IMG/VR virus record: IMGVR_UViG_3300037110_000087 | Location: 243,125-307,124 of that record | Length of the DNA stretch: 64,000 nt | Reading direction: 5' to 3' (one strand) | Notes under the pieces: generated by a model | Seen by the model: the letters and a program-made list of their open reading frames with translations, nothing else | Told to the model about the DNA's origin: nothing | The model's database searches: none | In this document: one piece after another, positions 10,050 to 19,096 of the stretch | Layout: the number at the start of each line of letters is the position of its first letter | How positions within the stretch are numbered: position 1 is the first letter of the stretch | Made by a program: the position numbers and the translations under genes

Positions 10050-10442
10050 TTAGACACAGCTTTTGGTGTTACCTATGGTCATATGGAAACACTTTTCAAA
10101 CCCGACAGGGGGAAGGGTATAAGGGCTACTCACCGGTAACCCAAGTTCTCTCCTTATTTCTTCCAGTCGTACGCAAAAGATATTCAGCCACCAATATCGG
10201 GAGTCATTCTGAACATCGATGTCGTAAAAGAACCTAATCCGTTCGCCTTCATATTTCCCCCACAATTCCATTCTCGGGGAAGTCTCTTTTCGGACGACTG
10301 AGATATGAGGAGGATATCGTTGCAAATTAATTCTATGCCACTTGGGAATCAGCGACCGGTAGAATAGAGAGATCCCAGGATCTACCTGCACGACCAATTT
10401 GTTATCTCCATAATGGAGAGTCCCAATGGATTCGAAGAGCAT
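10050..10442 (-). CDS. 2H phosphoesterase (T4 57B/Acb1-like fold candidate)
   Basis: Two HxS/T motifs: PHISVV and FHMTIG. Confidence 0.7.
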   Translation of the reverse strand: MLFESIGTLHYGDNKLVVQVDPGISLFYRSLIPKWHRINLQRYPPHISVVRKETSPRMELWGKYEGERIRFFYDIDVQNDSRYWWLNIFCVRLEEIRRELGLPVSSPYTLPPVGFEKCFHMTIGNTKSCV

Positions 10443-10452
10443 TTCTCTCTTT

Positions 10453-10788
10453 CTAAGATTGATAAGCTACGGTTGTATCACCACAAGGAGGTAAAAGGGC
10501 ATATCTGTTATTCTCCAGTAGGAGAAACTGATACCCTTCCTCAGCATCACCATACTGAGCATCGACTGCAGGAACACTGGTTTCAAGAGCTTCAGCCAGC
10601 TGTTCTGCAACCATGGAAGGGACATCATCGATATCCACCCAAACAGCATTATGGAATGGGTGACTCTCGGGGAAGGTGTTGTCTAAAGAGATTTCGTCTA
10701 GGATAGAGTCGCTGAGTTTGATAGCCATGTCCTCTCCTAAGTTCAAAATTATAACAACAGATGACTTTATACAATTGGAGGGCAGCAA
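10453..10788 (-). CDS. hypothetical acidic protein (true start likely MAIKLS)
   Basis: ORF with GGAG RBS before the internal Met. Confidence 0.6.
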   Translation of the reverse strand: MLPSNCIKSSVVIILNLGEDMAIKLSDSILDEISLDNTFPESHPFHNAVWVDIDDVPSMVAEQLAEALETSVPAVDAQYGDAEEGYQFLLLENNRYALLPPCGDTTVAYQS

Positions 10789-10815
10789 TGCCCTCCAATT
10801 CCCTGATCTATCCTT

Positions 10816-11250
10816 TTAGTGCAGGTTCAGGAAAGTACCAATGCAGAGCCAAGCAAGACCATTCCACTTGAACTTAATAACATCCATGGCATTCGCGGTT
10901 GCGGTGAGAGTAGGAGCGGTTCCACCAGTGAACTTCGCACCAACCCAGGTAACGAGTCTTGAACCAACGACATCCTGAGTGAGTTCAAAGGCCAGATCAT
11001 CTTCAGAAATGGAATCAGTGGGAAGAGTAATCTGGATGTTGGCATCCAGAGTCATCTTGACATAATGACCCAGGCTAAGCGCAGGGAGCTGAGCAACATT
11101 GACACCACCTAGAGCATCAATGGTACCAGTGGTAGCAATTGCAGTGAAAACTACTTCATTCTGCTGGGTAGCAGCGTTGAAGATTGTGGTGCTGGTGTAA
11201 CCCTCAGGATTAATGGGCTGCTGGGTTACCTGTGTCTGTAAATCGGACAT
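10816..11250 (-). CDS. putative virion/tail-associated protein, paralog of 11315..12019
   Basis: LGHYVKMTL...FELTQD..GS...W...KF.GG.AP.LT..ANA.D.I.FKWNG shared with neighbour. Confidence 0.65.
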   Translation of the reverse strand: MSDLQTQVTQQPINPEGYTSTTIFNAATQQNEVVFTAIATTGTIDALGGVNVAQLPALSLGHYVKMTLDANIQITLPTDSISEDDLAFELTQDVVGSRLVTWVGAKFTGGTAPTLTATANAMDVIKFKWNGLAWLCIGTFLNLH

Positions 11251-11314
11251 ATTTGATCTCCTTAGGGATAATTTAGTTTATCATGTCTTTTGGAGGAATT
11301 TCAAAAGACGTCGG

Positions 11315-12019
11315 TTAGGTCACGGTTAAGATAGCTGCAGAACTAACAAGGGAACCCATGTAGTTAGTAACTGTCACGGTGTAGGACGATCCTGACATCA
11401 GCACAGTAGTAGCTGGGGTGGTATAGGTAGCAGCAGTCGCACCAGGAATAGCGACTCCAGCCAAATTCCACTGGTAAGCAGGCGCGGGATATCCAGCAGC
11501 AGTAACGCTAAAGGTGTGAGTCGCGGGATGAACAACTGCTGCGGAAGCAGGCTGTACGGAAATTGTAGGAACCATATCAACCAGGATCAGGTTCTTCATC
11601 ACTTCTAGGCACAACCAACTGGTGCCATTCCACTTGAATCTAATCAAGTCCACTGCATTCGCTGCCACGGTGAGAACTGGAGCGGCTCCACCAGGGAATT
11701 TGACAGTGCCAGCCCAAGTAATAACATGAGAACCAGTACCATCCTGCGTCAGTTCGAAGGTCAAATCATCAGAATTAGTGGAACCAGCTGGGAGAGTAAC
11801 AGTCACACTCGCTGTCAGAGTCATCTTGACATAATGACCCAGGGCCAATGAGGGATGCTGAGCAACACTAACACCACCCAGAGGATCAATAGTGCCAGTC
11901 ATAGACTGCTGGGTAAAAATCACTTTATTGGTCTGAGTAGATGGATCAAATATAGTGGTCTGAACGTAACCCTGTGGGTTAATGGGATCCTGAGTGACTA
12001 CTTCTTTAAGATCTGACAT
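11315..12019 (-). CDS. putative virion protein with C-terminal Ig-like domain
   Basis: PTISVQP...TFSVTAAG.PAPAYQW...IPGAT..TYT...YTVTVTN Ig pattern. Confidence 0.75.
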   Translation of the reverse strand: MSDLKEVVTQDPINPQGYVQTTIFDPSTQTNKVIFTQQSMTGTIDPLGGVSVAQHPSLALGHYVKMTLTASVTVTLPAGSTNSDDLTFELTQDGTGSHVITWAGTVKFPGGAAPVLTVAANAVDLIRFKWNGTSWLCLEVMKNLILVDMVPTISVQPASAAVVHPATHTFSVTAAGYPAPAYQWNLAGVAIPGATAATYTTPATTVLMSGSSYTVTVTNYMGSLVSSAAILTVT

Positions 12020-12070
12020 GAGTTCTCCTGGGGAACACTTTTAGTGTAGCATATCCCCAGGAGAGATTTT

Positions 12071-12820
12071 CTAGTTTGTTTTTCTGAGTTCTTTCAGGGA
12101 AGTCTCAAAACGGTCAGCGAAGACCTTGGCCCTATTCAGAACATCGATGGCATAAGCACTACTACCGATGGTATTTCCCCAGTTGTAGTGACCCAGTGCG
12201 TCTTTGATTGCCGCGAGATCATCTAAACCCAGTTCCTTCGCTGCATCCCTAAGATCAGCGAATTCATTCAGGCCGACGATGGCATTTGTGACTGGCTCCC
12301 GCAGATGCTCCCTTGAATATCCACCGAAGAAGAAATTCATATAAGAACGGGCATAGGCTGGCATCGTTTGAAACCAGCCTACCGCTCCTGTTGGGCTATC
12401 CTTGATAGCTGGGTTGAACCTGCTCTCTACCTCTGCGATGGCACAGGCCAAGGGGAGAGGAATATTTCTGGCTTCACAGGTTCGGAAGATGGCATCAGTG
12501 GCCCTGCACTGAGTTTCTGCTGGAAGGGTTGGGGCCTTCTCACGAATAATCTTGAGCAGGACCGCAGGTTCATTCATGACCTGGATGTTTTTCATCAATA
12601 GTTCAATATTTGATCCCTGCTTGTTCATCACCCCTGAGTAATCATGGAGTGTATGAATGACCTTGGTTGCGAACCACACTCCCACACCAATTGTACAAAC
12701 CAAAAAGAATGTCTGTGCCAAGGACATACGCTTAAAGAAGACTGATGCGGTTTTGATTTCATTTCCAATTTCTTTTCGGACATCCTGCTGGAAGGTATCC
12801 AATACTTCCTTGATTCCCAT
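12071..12820 (-). CDS. membrane-anchored lytic transglycosylase (SLT)
   Basis: AIAEVESRFNP (catalytic Glu), GAVGWFQTMP, ALGHYNWG; N-terminal TM helix. Confidence 0.88.
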   Translation of the reverse strand: MGIKEVLDTFQQDVRKEIGNEIKTASVFFKRMSLAQTFFLVCTIGVGVWFATKVIHTLHDYSGVMNKQGSNIELLMKNIQVMNEPAVLLKIIREKAPTLPAETQCRATDAIFRTCEARNIPLPLACAIAEVESRFNPAIKDSPTGAVGWFQTMPAYARSYMNFFFGGYSREHLREPVTNAIVGLNEFADLRDAAKELGLDDLAAIKDALGHYNWGNTIGSSAYAIDVLNRAKVFADRFETSLKELRKTN

Positions 12821-12829
12821 TTGTATCTC

Positions 12830-12955
12830 CTAGTTGAGGATCTTCTGCACAAGCTGGGAAACTTGATGTTTCGCTTGTTTGACCTGGGTGGGATAGTGAT
12901 CCGCAACCCAAATACCACCGCAGAAAATCAGGGCGAGGAAAAGCAGACTTCTCAT
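12830..12955 (-). CDS. small membrane peptide (41 aa)
   Basis: Not in track; MRSLLFLALIFCGGIWVADHY...; immediately upstream of SLT gene. Confidence 0.5.
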   Translation of the reverse strand: MRSLLFLALIFCGGIWVADHYPTQVKQAKHQVSQLVQKILN

Positions 12956-13006
12956 GACTTGCCTCACACGCAAAACCTATGATAACATAGGTCGGGTTGG
13001 ATTAAA

Positions 13007-13216
13007 TTACAAGGATCCCCACAAACAATTAAGACGTTCGATTTCGGCATTAATGCGCTGTCGGGCTTCCAAAATCTCAATCACCAGAATGTCGAAGTCC
13101 CACGCGAAGAATCGATAGCCTTCCTTCCGGTGACTCTCAGGTAGGGATGCCCTGAACTCTTCCAGAGTCTTCCCTCCGATCTTGATTTCAGGTTTGACTG
13201 AGATTGCGGTGGTCAC
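13007..13216 (-). CDS. hypothetical protein
   Basis: GTG start overlapping the upstream TGA. Confidence 0.5.
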   Translation of the reverse strand: MTTAISVKPEIKIGGKTLEEFRASLPESHRKEGYRFFAWDFDILVIEILEARQRINAEIERLNCLWGSL

Positions 13217-13422
13217 TGGATCTCCCTGGCTTCGGCAAGAGCAGACGCACCAACGGCACCCAGCCAATTGAAACGAATGCTGCGATTTTCTTCGTGGATC
13301 TTGGCCAATTCTTCCTGATCAGCAGCAATCCGGCGTTTCAGTATTTTGGCTCTCTTCTCGATCTTCAAACATCGATCGATCCATTTATCCCGGTTGCTAC
13401 CATCAGCACATTTGTATTTCAT
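13213..13422 (-). CDS. hypothetical coiled-coil protein
   Basis: ORF coupled to neighbours. Confidence 0.55.
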   Translation of the reverse strand: MKYKCADGSNRDKWIDRCLKIEKRAKILKRRIAADQEELAKIHEENRSIRFNWLGAVGASALAEAREIQ

Positions 13423-13745
13423 TAGATCTCTCCCATGAACAGGCTTGGACCAAGCATGGTGAAGGGTAGGGGATCATATTCATAAGGATCGTAATCTTCA
13501 TACCACTCCCTCTCCTCCCGTTCCCAGTCTCTCTCCTCCCGTTCCCAGTCTTCGGCCCTGTCACATTCCCAATCTCTCTCCTCCCGTTCCTCAAGACTGG
13601 GCCAGAGATCCGGAGCAACAAAATCACGGAACCAGCCTTCCCGTTCCTCCTGTTCTAGCCGCTGTTCCTCTTCGGCTTCGGCCACCAGATCGCGCACTTC
13701 GAATTTACGCGTCTTCCGATTATCGATGACAGCCAACTTGCCCAT
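13422..13745 (-). CDS. acidic Trp-repeat protein
   Basis: Start MGKLAV with GGAG RBS; EREERDW repeats. Confidence 0.6.
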   Translation of the reverse strand: MGKLAVIDNRKTRKFEVRDLVAEAEEEQRLEQEEREGWFRDFVAPDLWPSLEEREERDWECDRAEDWEREERDWEREEREWYEDYDPYEYDPLPFTMLGPSLFMGEI

Positions 13746-13755
13746 GTTGTTGCTC

Positions 13756-14256
13756 CTACAGGACCAGATTGACGATGGTTTCCATGTCGGCCTGAGCGAT
13801 GTCGAGCGCCTCAAGACCGTTCATGATATCGATGGCCTTCTGGAGATAGGGTTTCCGGATGGGAGAGGCCCAGTTGCTGTTCTTCCAGCCGCAGCAGGTG
13901 AGTATGCAATGGCAGGTCCGCAAGTGGATCACTTCCGCAAGTCTGCAGGTGAACAGGTCAGGAACCACCGGCACCGGCATCTGCCGTTGGGCCTTTCGCT
14001 GATTCCACTCCGTGAGGGTGATCATTTCCGTGTCGATCTGAGGGACCCAGCGAGGAAGGCAATCCTCATGGGTGGGCCAGAATCTCTTGGAAGGGTAGTG
14101 GATGCAGGAGATCTCCCCCATGTTATAAGGGAGGAACTTCCAGCCCTTATTCATAGTGTGGACACAGGAGCCAAGTAGGGAATTGTTGGACCTTTTCAGC
14201 ACGATCCTGGTTTCCATTTCGGGAAGCCAACCAGTAACTATCAGATTAGGCATCAT
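13756..14256 (-). CDS. hypothetical protein
   Basis: ORF in run. Confidence 0.55.
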   Translation of the reverse strand: MMPNLIVTGWLPEMETRIVLKRSNNSLLGSCVHTMNKGWKFLPYNMGEISCIHYPSKRFWPTHEDCLPRWVPQIDTEMITLTEWNQRKAQRQMPVPVVPDLFTCRLAEVIHLRTCHCILTCCGWKNSNWASPIRKPYLQKAIDIMNGLEALDIAQADMETIVNLVL

Positions 14257-14386
14257 GGAATCCTCCTACTTGGGTGAGAAAGTCCAACTGGATTTGACAA
14301 CCACACCATGCTTCTTGATCTCGACAGCATACCATAGGTAGGCCAAAACGACAAGGGCAATCAGAAGCTTGATCATGGAAATCCTC

Positions 14387-14893
14387 CTAGGATTCTGGGT
14401 TGCAGGGATCGTTCGGGATGGACTGACCTTCCACGCTGGCGTCCATCTGTTCCATCAACGTGGGTTTGTGGATCGCAGTCACTTCGCGGAATCCACTGAC
14501 GACGATAGTATATTTCATGGTCGCCCGATTGTAGAGGACATCACCAACACTCATGCTGGTGTGCTTGAGTCCCAGACCAGCGATCAGAGTTCGGGCCTCA
14601 CCCTGCGGACTCCAGACTTCGCCTTGCATCAGGTAGTAGGCGTCATCCTCATCGTCGGCGGTGATCGTGCCGACTTCGGCGTAGTCGCTGTCCAGGTCCA
14701 CAGTATTTTGCTCGTCAGGCACTATGAAGTTCATGAAAGGCGGCTTCTTCTTCGCGTAGAAGATATCGTAGAGGAACCTACCAGTGTGGGGCAGACCAGG
14801 GTATTTGGTGAAGATGATGGCCATGATAGACCTCCTACACGCAGATTCGAAGGTTGTGCTGCTTGGCCAGGGCCAGGGCCATATCCCTGGCAT
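14387..14893 (-). CDS. YodL-like domain protein (true start likely MAIIFTK)
   Basis: KHTSMSVGDVL resembles the YodL [GH]SLSV[SG]DV motif. Confidence 0.55.
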   Translation of the reverse strand: MPGIWPWPWPSSTTFESACRRSIMAIIFTKYPGLPHTGRFLYDIFYAKKKPPFMNFIVPDEQNTVDLDSDYAEVGTITADDEDDAYYLMQGEVWSPQGEARTLIAGLGLKHTSMSVGDVLYNRATMKYTIVVSGFREVTAIHKPTLMEQMDASVEGQSIPNDPCNPES

Positions 14894-15437
14894 TTGCGGC
14901 CTCTGCCGGGAGAGCGGCCTTATCCTTCGCCAGGGTCAACATCTTGTGGACCTTGAGGAGAAGGGCATCCCTCTTCTTGTCCTGGGTGGGGGCCAGTGGG
15001 GGCCAGAGTTGGGTGGAAGGACTGGGTTTCTCTGTGGCATGAGCCACGAACACTCGACTGATTCCAGGACCACGGAAATGGCCGATCACATGGGTCTTGT
15101 CGAAGAGCCAGTCCAGGAAGGATGAGGGGAATCCCTGGTCGTAATAGCGCAGAGCCGCGCCATCGAGATTCAGACGAGCGGATTTGATCTGCTGATGCTG
15201 CTCTTCGCTGATGCTGACCACATATTTGGGCCGATCGTAGCCGCGCCACAGCTTTTCGAGCGATGCGAGAGCGGCTTCCTTAGAGCATTCCCAGGAGGGC
15301 TTCTTGGCCCCGAAGAAGTTGCCGTTGGTCGGCTTGTAGGCGAAGACGCAGCAGTGGGCGGTGACGATCTCGCCGGTCGTCAGACGAACCTGGAGAGTGA
15401 CCTTGGGGCCGAGCAGCCGGTAGACGTAAGCGCCCAT
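14835..15437 (-). CDS. protein with C-terminal DUF2786-like helical hairpin
   Basis: LLKVHKMLTLAKD..A..AEAANA...ALALAKQHNL. Confidence 0.6.
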   Translation of the reverse strand: MGAYVYRLLGPKVTLQVRLTTGEIVTAHCCVFAYKPTNGNFFGAKKPSWECSKEAALASLEKLWRGYDRPKYVVSISEEQHQQIKSARLNLDGAALRYYDQGFPSSFLDWLFDKTHVIGHFRGPGISRVFVAHATEKPSPSTQLWPPLAPTQDKKRDALLLKVHKMLTLAKDKAALPAEAANARDMALALAKQHNLRICV

Positions 15438-15439
15438 GT

Positions 15440-15862
15440 TTATTTCTCCTCAGGTTTGGGTTCGCCCTCGACCTTGTGCATATAGGACTTGTAGTCGGCC
15501 AGATCGGAATCGGTCATGTCGGGATAGGGGGCCAGCTTATGACCATCGAGGGTGTAATGAACACCCTCCTGATCGCACTCACAATGCTGATAGCCACAAC
15601 CGGGGCATTCGTCGGTCATGCCATTGGAGCAGATGACCCGCGCATCGAACCGAACCTGCTGGCAACCACATTCGCAGCAGGAATCGCCGTCCGGTTCCGG
15701 CCACTTGAGGAAGATGCCATAGGCGTAGTGTCCCAAGACGAAGCCCAGTCCACCCAGGTATTTGTAGCTCAGGGAATCCCTGATTCCGGTCCCCGGTTCC
15801 ACCGGAACCCGCTTGATCTTCCCATCCTTGAGCAGAGTCTTGAGGTTCGTGAGGGTTCCCAT
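15440..15862 (-). CDS. Cys-rich hypothetical protein
   Basis: CCECGC, CPGCGYQHCEC; AGGAG RBS. Confidence 0.7.
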   Translation of the reverse strand: MGTLTNLKTLLKDGKIKRVPVEPGTGIRDSLSYKYLGGLGFVLGHYAYGIFLKWPEPDGDSCCECGCQQVRFDARVICSNGMTDECPGCGYQHCECDQEGVHYTLDGHKLAPYPDMTDSDLADYKSYMHKVEGEPKPEEK

Positions 15863-15886
15863 CGGATTTCTCCTTGATGTGTAACT

Positions 15887-15915
15887 ATTTTAACACGACG
15901 AGACTACTGTGTCAA
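15887..15915 (-). promoter_or_regulatory. sigma70-type promoter
   Basis: TTGACA-17-TAAAAT with TG extended -10. Confidence 0.8.
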
Positions 15916-16229
15916 TTACTCAGATGCTCTTCCAGGTAGACTTTGATGCTGGTCTGCATCAAGGCTTTCAAACCGGCCTTTTCGCGCCGGAAGTCAACCA
16001 TTTCCTGCAGATGAGTAGCCTGTGTCCATTGACTCTTCAGGGATTCCATGAGCCAGATTGACCGATAGACGGTCGTGGGCAAGGTGGTCAAAACACCCAG
16101 GGAGTCCATAATGGCGAAGCCACTCACATCCTCCAGGAGGAACACCCGCCAGCGACCACACCTTTTTGTCAGGGCCTGTCTGACCTGTTCTAGCTGTTCC
16201 TGATTGAGGTTTACCAGTGGGAGGTCCAT
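15912..16229 (-). CDS. hypothetical protein (probably leaderless mRNA)
   Basis: ATG (MDLPLV) 6 nt after a TATAAT box. Confidence 0.6.
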   Translation of the reverse strand: MDLPLVNLNQEQLEQVRQALTKRCGRWRVFLLEDVSGFAIMDSLGVLTTLPTTVYRSIWLMESLKSQWTQATHLQEMVDFRREKAGLKALMQTSIKVYLEEHLSN

Positions 16230-16235
16230 ATAACA

Positions 16236-16264
16236 ATTATAACACAATCCTGGTGTGAAATCAA
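16236..16264 (-). promoter_or_regulatory. sigma70-type promoter
   Basis: TTGATT-17-TATAAT with TG extended -10. Confidence 0.75.
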
Positions 16265-16325
16265 TTACGCAAGAATCATGCCAAATCAAATATGGATGAT
16301 CCCATGAAAGATTCATGGGATCCGC

Positions 16326-16682
16326 CTACTCCTCTTGTCCTTGCGCCTTCTCGATCAGAGCTTCGTTCTTACTGGCCAGGGCCTCAAGTTCATCATGCCA
16401 AAAGCCAAGGATACGCAGCATGGTGAGTGTTTCTTGAGCGAGTTTTATCCATTCATTCTTCAGAACGATCAATCGCGAATTCCCCACTACCATTTGGTTC
16501 AAATTAGACCGCAGATTATCCTGAAGCTCATGGAGAACGGAAATTTGTTTATCTCGATTTTCGATGGTCACCTGCTGGATCTTGTGCAGTTTCTCTAGTA
16601 TCTTGTTCTTCCGCTCCGCTGCTCTCCATTCTACTAGGAAGAGCAAACAGAGCGTGAACAGAATAGCAACGAGAAAAAACAT
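16326..16682 (-). CDS. membrane-anchored coiled-coil protein
   Basis: N-terminal hydrophobic helix followed by heptads. Confidence 0.7.
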   Translation of the reverse strand: MFFLVAILFTLCLLFLVEWRAAERKNKILEKLHKIQQVTIENRDKQISVLHELQDNLRSNLNQMVVGNSRLIVLKNEWIKLAQETLTMLRILGFWHDELEALASKNEALIEKAQGQEE

Positions 16683-17953
16683 TATTCAACTACGACAGCT
16701 TCGGTCTTGAGGGTACCTTTCTTGTTAAGGCCCCGGAGCCGATTGCCAATGTTCATCCGAACCATGCCGGGGTTCATCCCAGCATACTTGATCTTGAGTT
16801 CGTCGACAGGCAAGTTGTCTTTGACGATCGGCAGATCCCAGATAGTATCAGGGTCAGCGTTCTTGAGTATCTCCGCGATGGAGTCTCCGCAGTTCTTCTT
16901 GCTCTCGTGCATGGGTCTCTCCTTGGAGGACGTAGCCTTGATTGGCTCGTGCACAAGGGTTAACAGTCCCTTCTTGACCAAAGTTCTGAGCTTGTTGCCG
17001 ATGTTCATTCTGATCATGCCCTGATTCATGCCCACACCAGTTGCATTACACTGTGGGCATGACTTGGCTGGGTGCTTGGGATCAATCTTGATACCCTTGC
17101 ACTTGGTACAGGTCTGTTCCGTATACTGGACCTTCAATTGAATCACAGGGAGATTGGCCTTAACGATTGGATAATCCCAGATGCTCTGGAAATATTTAGC
17201 CTGATCTTTCAGATAGATAGCGATCTCGTCATCGCAATCATCCTTCTTCTCGATGCGACGGAGGCAGTCTTCTACTCTCATCTCAGGAATTACTTCTTCA
17301 GAATCGAGAGAAGGAATACGAGCCATTGCCATCAGCACAGTACGGATGTTGTTGGAATAGCTGTTCATGGCCTTGCGCCAGTTGAGGTCTTCCTTACTCT
17401 TGGGCTTGAGATCATCAGGCTTAACCGGCACCCGGATCTCAAGGGATCTCAGCAACCCATGCAACTGAGAGCGTGAAAGTCCCTCAGTCACGACGACACT
17501 GGTGGGCTTGGCCGAAACTTCCGACTTCTGATACACAGTCCACTTGGCATATCCCTGGGATTTCCACCATTTACCCGTGGGGTCCATGTATAGACAGCGC
17601 TTGGAAGTCGAATCATACAACATCCTTGACTGGTCTTCCATGACCAGTTCAGTGAACCCTTCGGATTCCCCATCAAGGATTCGGAGGGCCTCCAGCTGAT
17701 TTGTTTCAGGATGGAAGACGATATTGGCATTCGGATGAATATCAATATCAAAATCGACCTTGGTAATATCAGCAGCGAAGTATTTCACAAAGGCGATATG
17801 GTGGTCAGAGGCCATGCTCAATTCCGAAGAGTCCAACATGGGACGAGCCTTCTCCAAGATGGCCTGTCGCCTTTTGTCCTGATTCACCGTCTTGATGATT
17901 CCGCGCAGTTCGTCAAGGGGGAAGCAGACGACAGATGCTTGTAGAATATCCAT
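16682..17953 (-). CDS. hypothetical protein with duplicated C-terminal domain and zinc finger
   Basis: IWD.PIVK.NLPV...GMN.GM.RMNIGN.LR twice; CTKC/CPQC insert in the first copy. Confidence 0.75.
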   Translation of the reverse strand: MDILQASVVCFPLDELRGIIKTVNQDKRRQAILEKARPMLDSSELSMASDHHIAFVKYFAADITKVDFDIDIHPNANIVFHPETNQLEALRILDGESEGFTELVMEDQSRMLYDSTSKRCLYMDPTGKWWKSQGYAKWTVYQKSEVSAKPTSVVVTEGLSRSQLHGLLRSLEIRVPVKPDDLKPKSKEDLNWRKAMNSYSNNIRTVLMAMARIPSLDSEEVIPEMRVEDCLRRIEKKDDCDDEIAIYLKDQAKYFQSIWDYPIVKANLPVIQLKVQYTEQTCTKCKGIKIDPKHPAKSCPQCNATGVGMNQGMIRMNIGNKLRTLVKKGLLTLVHEPIKATSSKERPMHESKKNCGDSIAEILKNADPDTIWDLPIVKDNLPVDELKIKYAGMNPGMVRMNIGNRLRGLNKKGTLKTEAVVVE

Positions 17954-17988
17954 TGAATCTCTCCTGGGAAGGTACTAACAATGATCTA

Positions 17989-18723
17989 TTAGAGCAAACT
18001 TGTGTGGGCGTTCGTATCCCCCTTACATTCGGTATCTTCGACATGTTTGATGGCCCAGGATCGGAATTGATCTTTTGAGAGATTGCGCATCTGCTCTTTG
18101 TCCTGGATTCCAATTTCGAGTTTTTCTTCCATAATCTTGATCACGTGCATAAGAAGATTGTACATCACCGGATCGTCCCAGTCAAACTGTACCTCTCCAA
18201 ATGAATTGCGGACACATTCCACTTTCATACTGTAACTCTCGAAATAACGTCCGTGGTATGATCTTACAGAGATCACTAAACCACACAGGGTAATCTTATT
18301 ATCTTCAAATAGACGAACTTCATGCTTCGCAGATTCCAATCTCAGGAGATCTATCTTCTCTTTGATATTTTCCTTCTCCCATTGTGTGGTAAAGGACCGC
18401 TCCTCCTCGATTAATTCAAGTCCGAGGTCGTATCGTGTCTCCTTGATATGGCATTTGAGATAAGGATTCCTAGTAGGGAGAGTGTCCGGATAGGAGAGTC
18501 CTCGTTCAGCCATAAGCGCTCCTTGAGCCTTCCGGGCCACTCTCTCCGACTTGACTTCGGCTTGGGAAATCTTCTCTGCCTTCTTCCCCTTGAGCCAGGG
18601 AATCAGGCCCCCTTGATGAAGAATAGCCAAATAATATATGGCCCCCTTGATGAAGAATAGCCAAATAATATATCCAATAATACCCACGCCCAACAATATC
18701 ACAAACAGCTGAATGGCTGACAT
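17989..18723 (-). CDS. membrane-anchored hypothetical protein whose frame depends on a 34-bp duplication
   Basis: Start MSAIQLF with AGGAG RBS; see repeat feature. Confidence 0.65.
   Translation of the reverse strand: MSAIQLFVILLGVGIIGYIIWLFFIKGAIYYLAILHQGGLIPWLKGKKAEKISQAEVKSERVARKAQGALMAERGLSYPDTLPTRNPYLKCHIKETRYDLGLELIEEERSFTTQWEKENIKEKIDLLRLESAKHEVRLFEDNKITLCGLVISVRSYHGRYFESYSMKVECVRNSFGEVQFDWDDPVMYNLLMHVIKIMEEKLEIGIQDKEQMRNLSKDQFRSWAIKHVEDTECKGDTNAHTSLL
18606..18673. repeat. perfect 34-bp tandem duplication
   Basis: GGCCCCCTTGATGAAGAATAGCCAAATAATATAT at 18606-18639 and 18640-18673. Confidence 0.95.
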
Positions 18724-18742
18724 TGGATTTCTCCTTTTTCGG

Positions 18743-19096
18743 TTAGAGTTTCTCAATAGGTATAGTGAGGGGATCTTTGATTTTCCGGACACCAATGAAG
18801 GTTGAGCCTTTTACTTCCTTAGCGACTTTTGGCAGTTCGTTTAGCATGATATTAGTGAAGTCCCAGATCAGATGGTAATACTGATCGACGGTTGCCTTGA
18901 GATCTTTCCCTTCTGGGACTCTGATGTACCAGAGAGAAAAATCCTGATCCGGTTGGGCCTCCCGATGTGGACGCACCTTGTTACTACAAGAAACGAGGTA
19001 CTTGGTGAGGGTCTTTTCAAAGGCCGGGTACTTCTTTGATACTTTTAGATTAATTGAGCGGGATTCCGCATCTGGTTCCAATTCCACGATTCTCAT
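18743..19096 (-). CDS. hypothetical protein
   Basis: ORF in run. Confidence 0.6.
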   Translation of the reverse strand: MRIVELEPDAESRSINLKVSKKYPAFEKTLTKYLVSCSNKVRPHREAQPDQDFSLWYIRVPEGKDLKATVDQYYHLIWDFTNIMLNELPKVAKEVKGSTFIGVRKIKDPLTIPIEKL

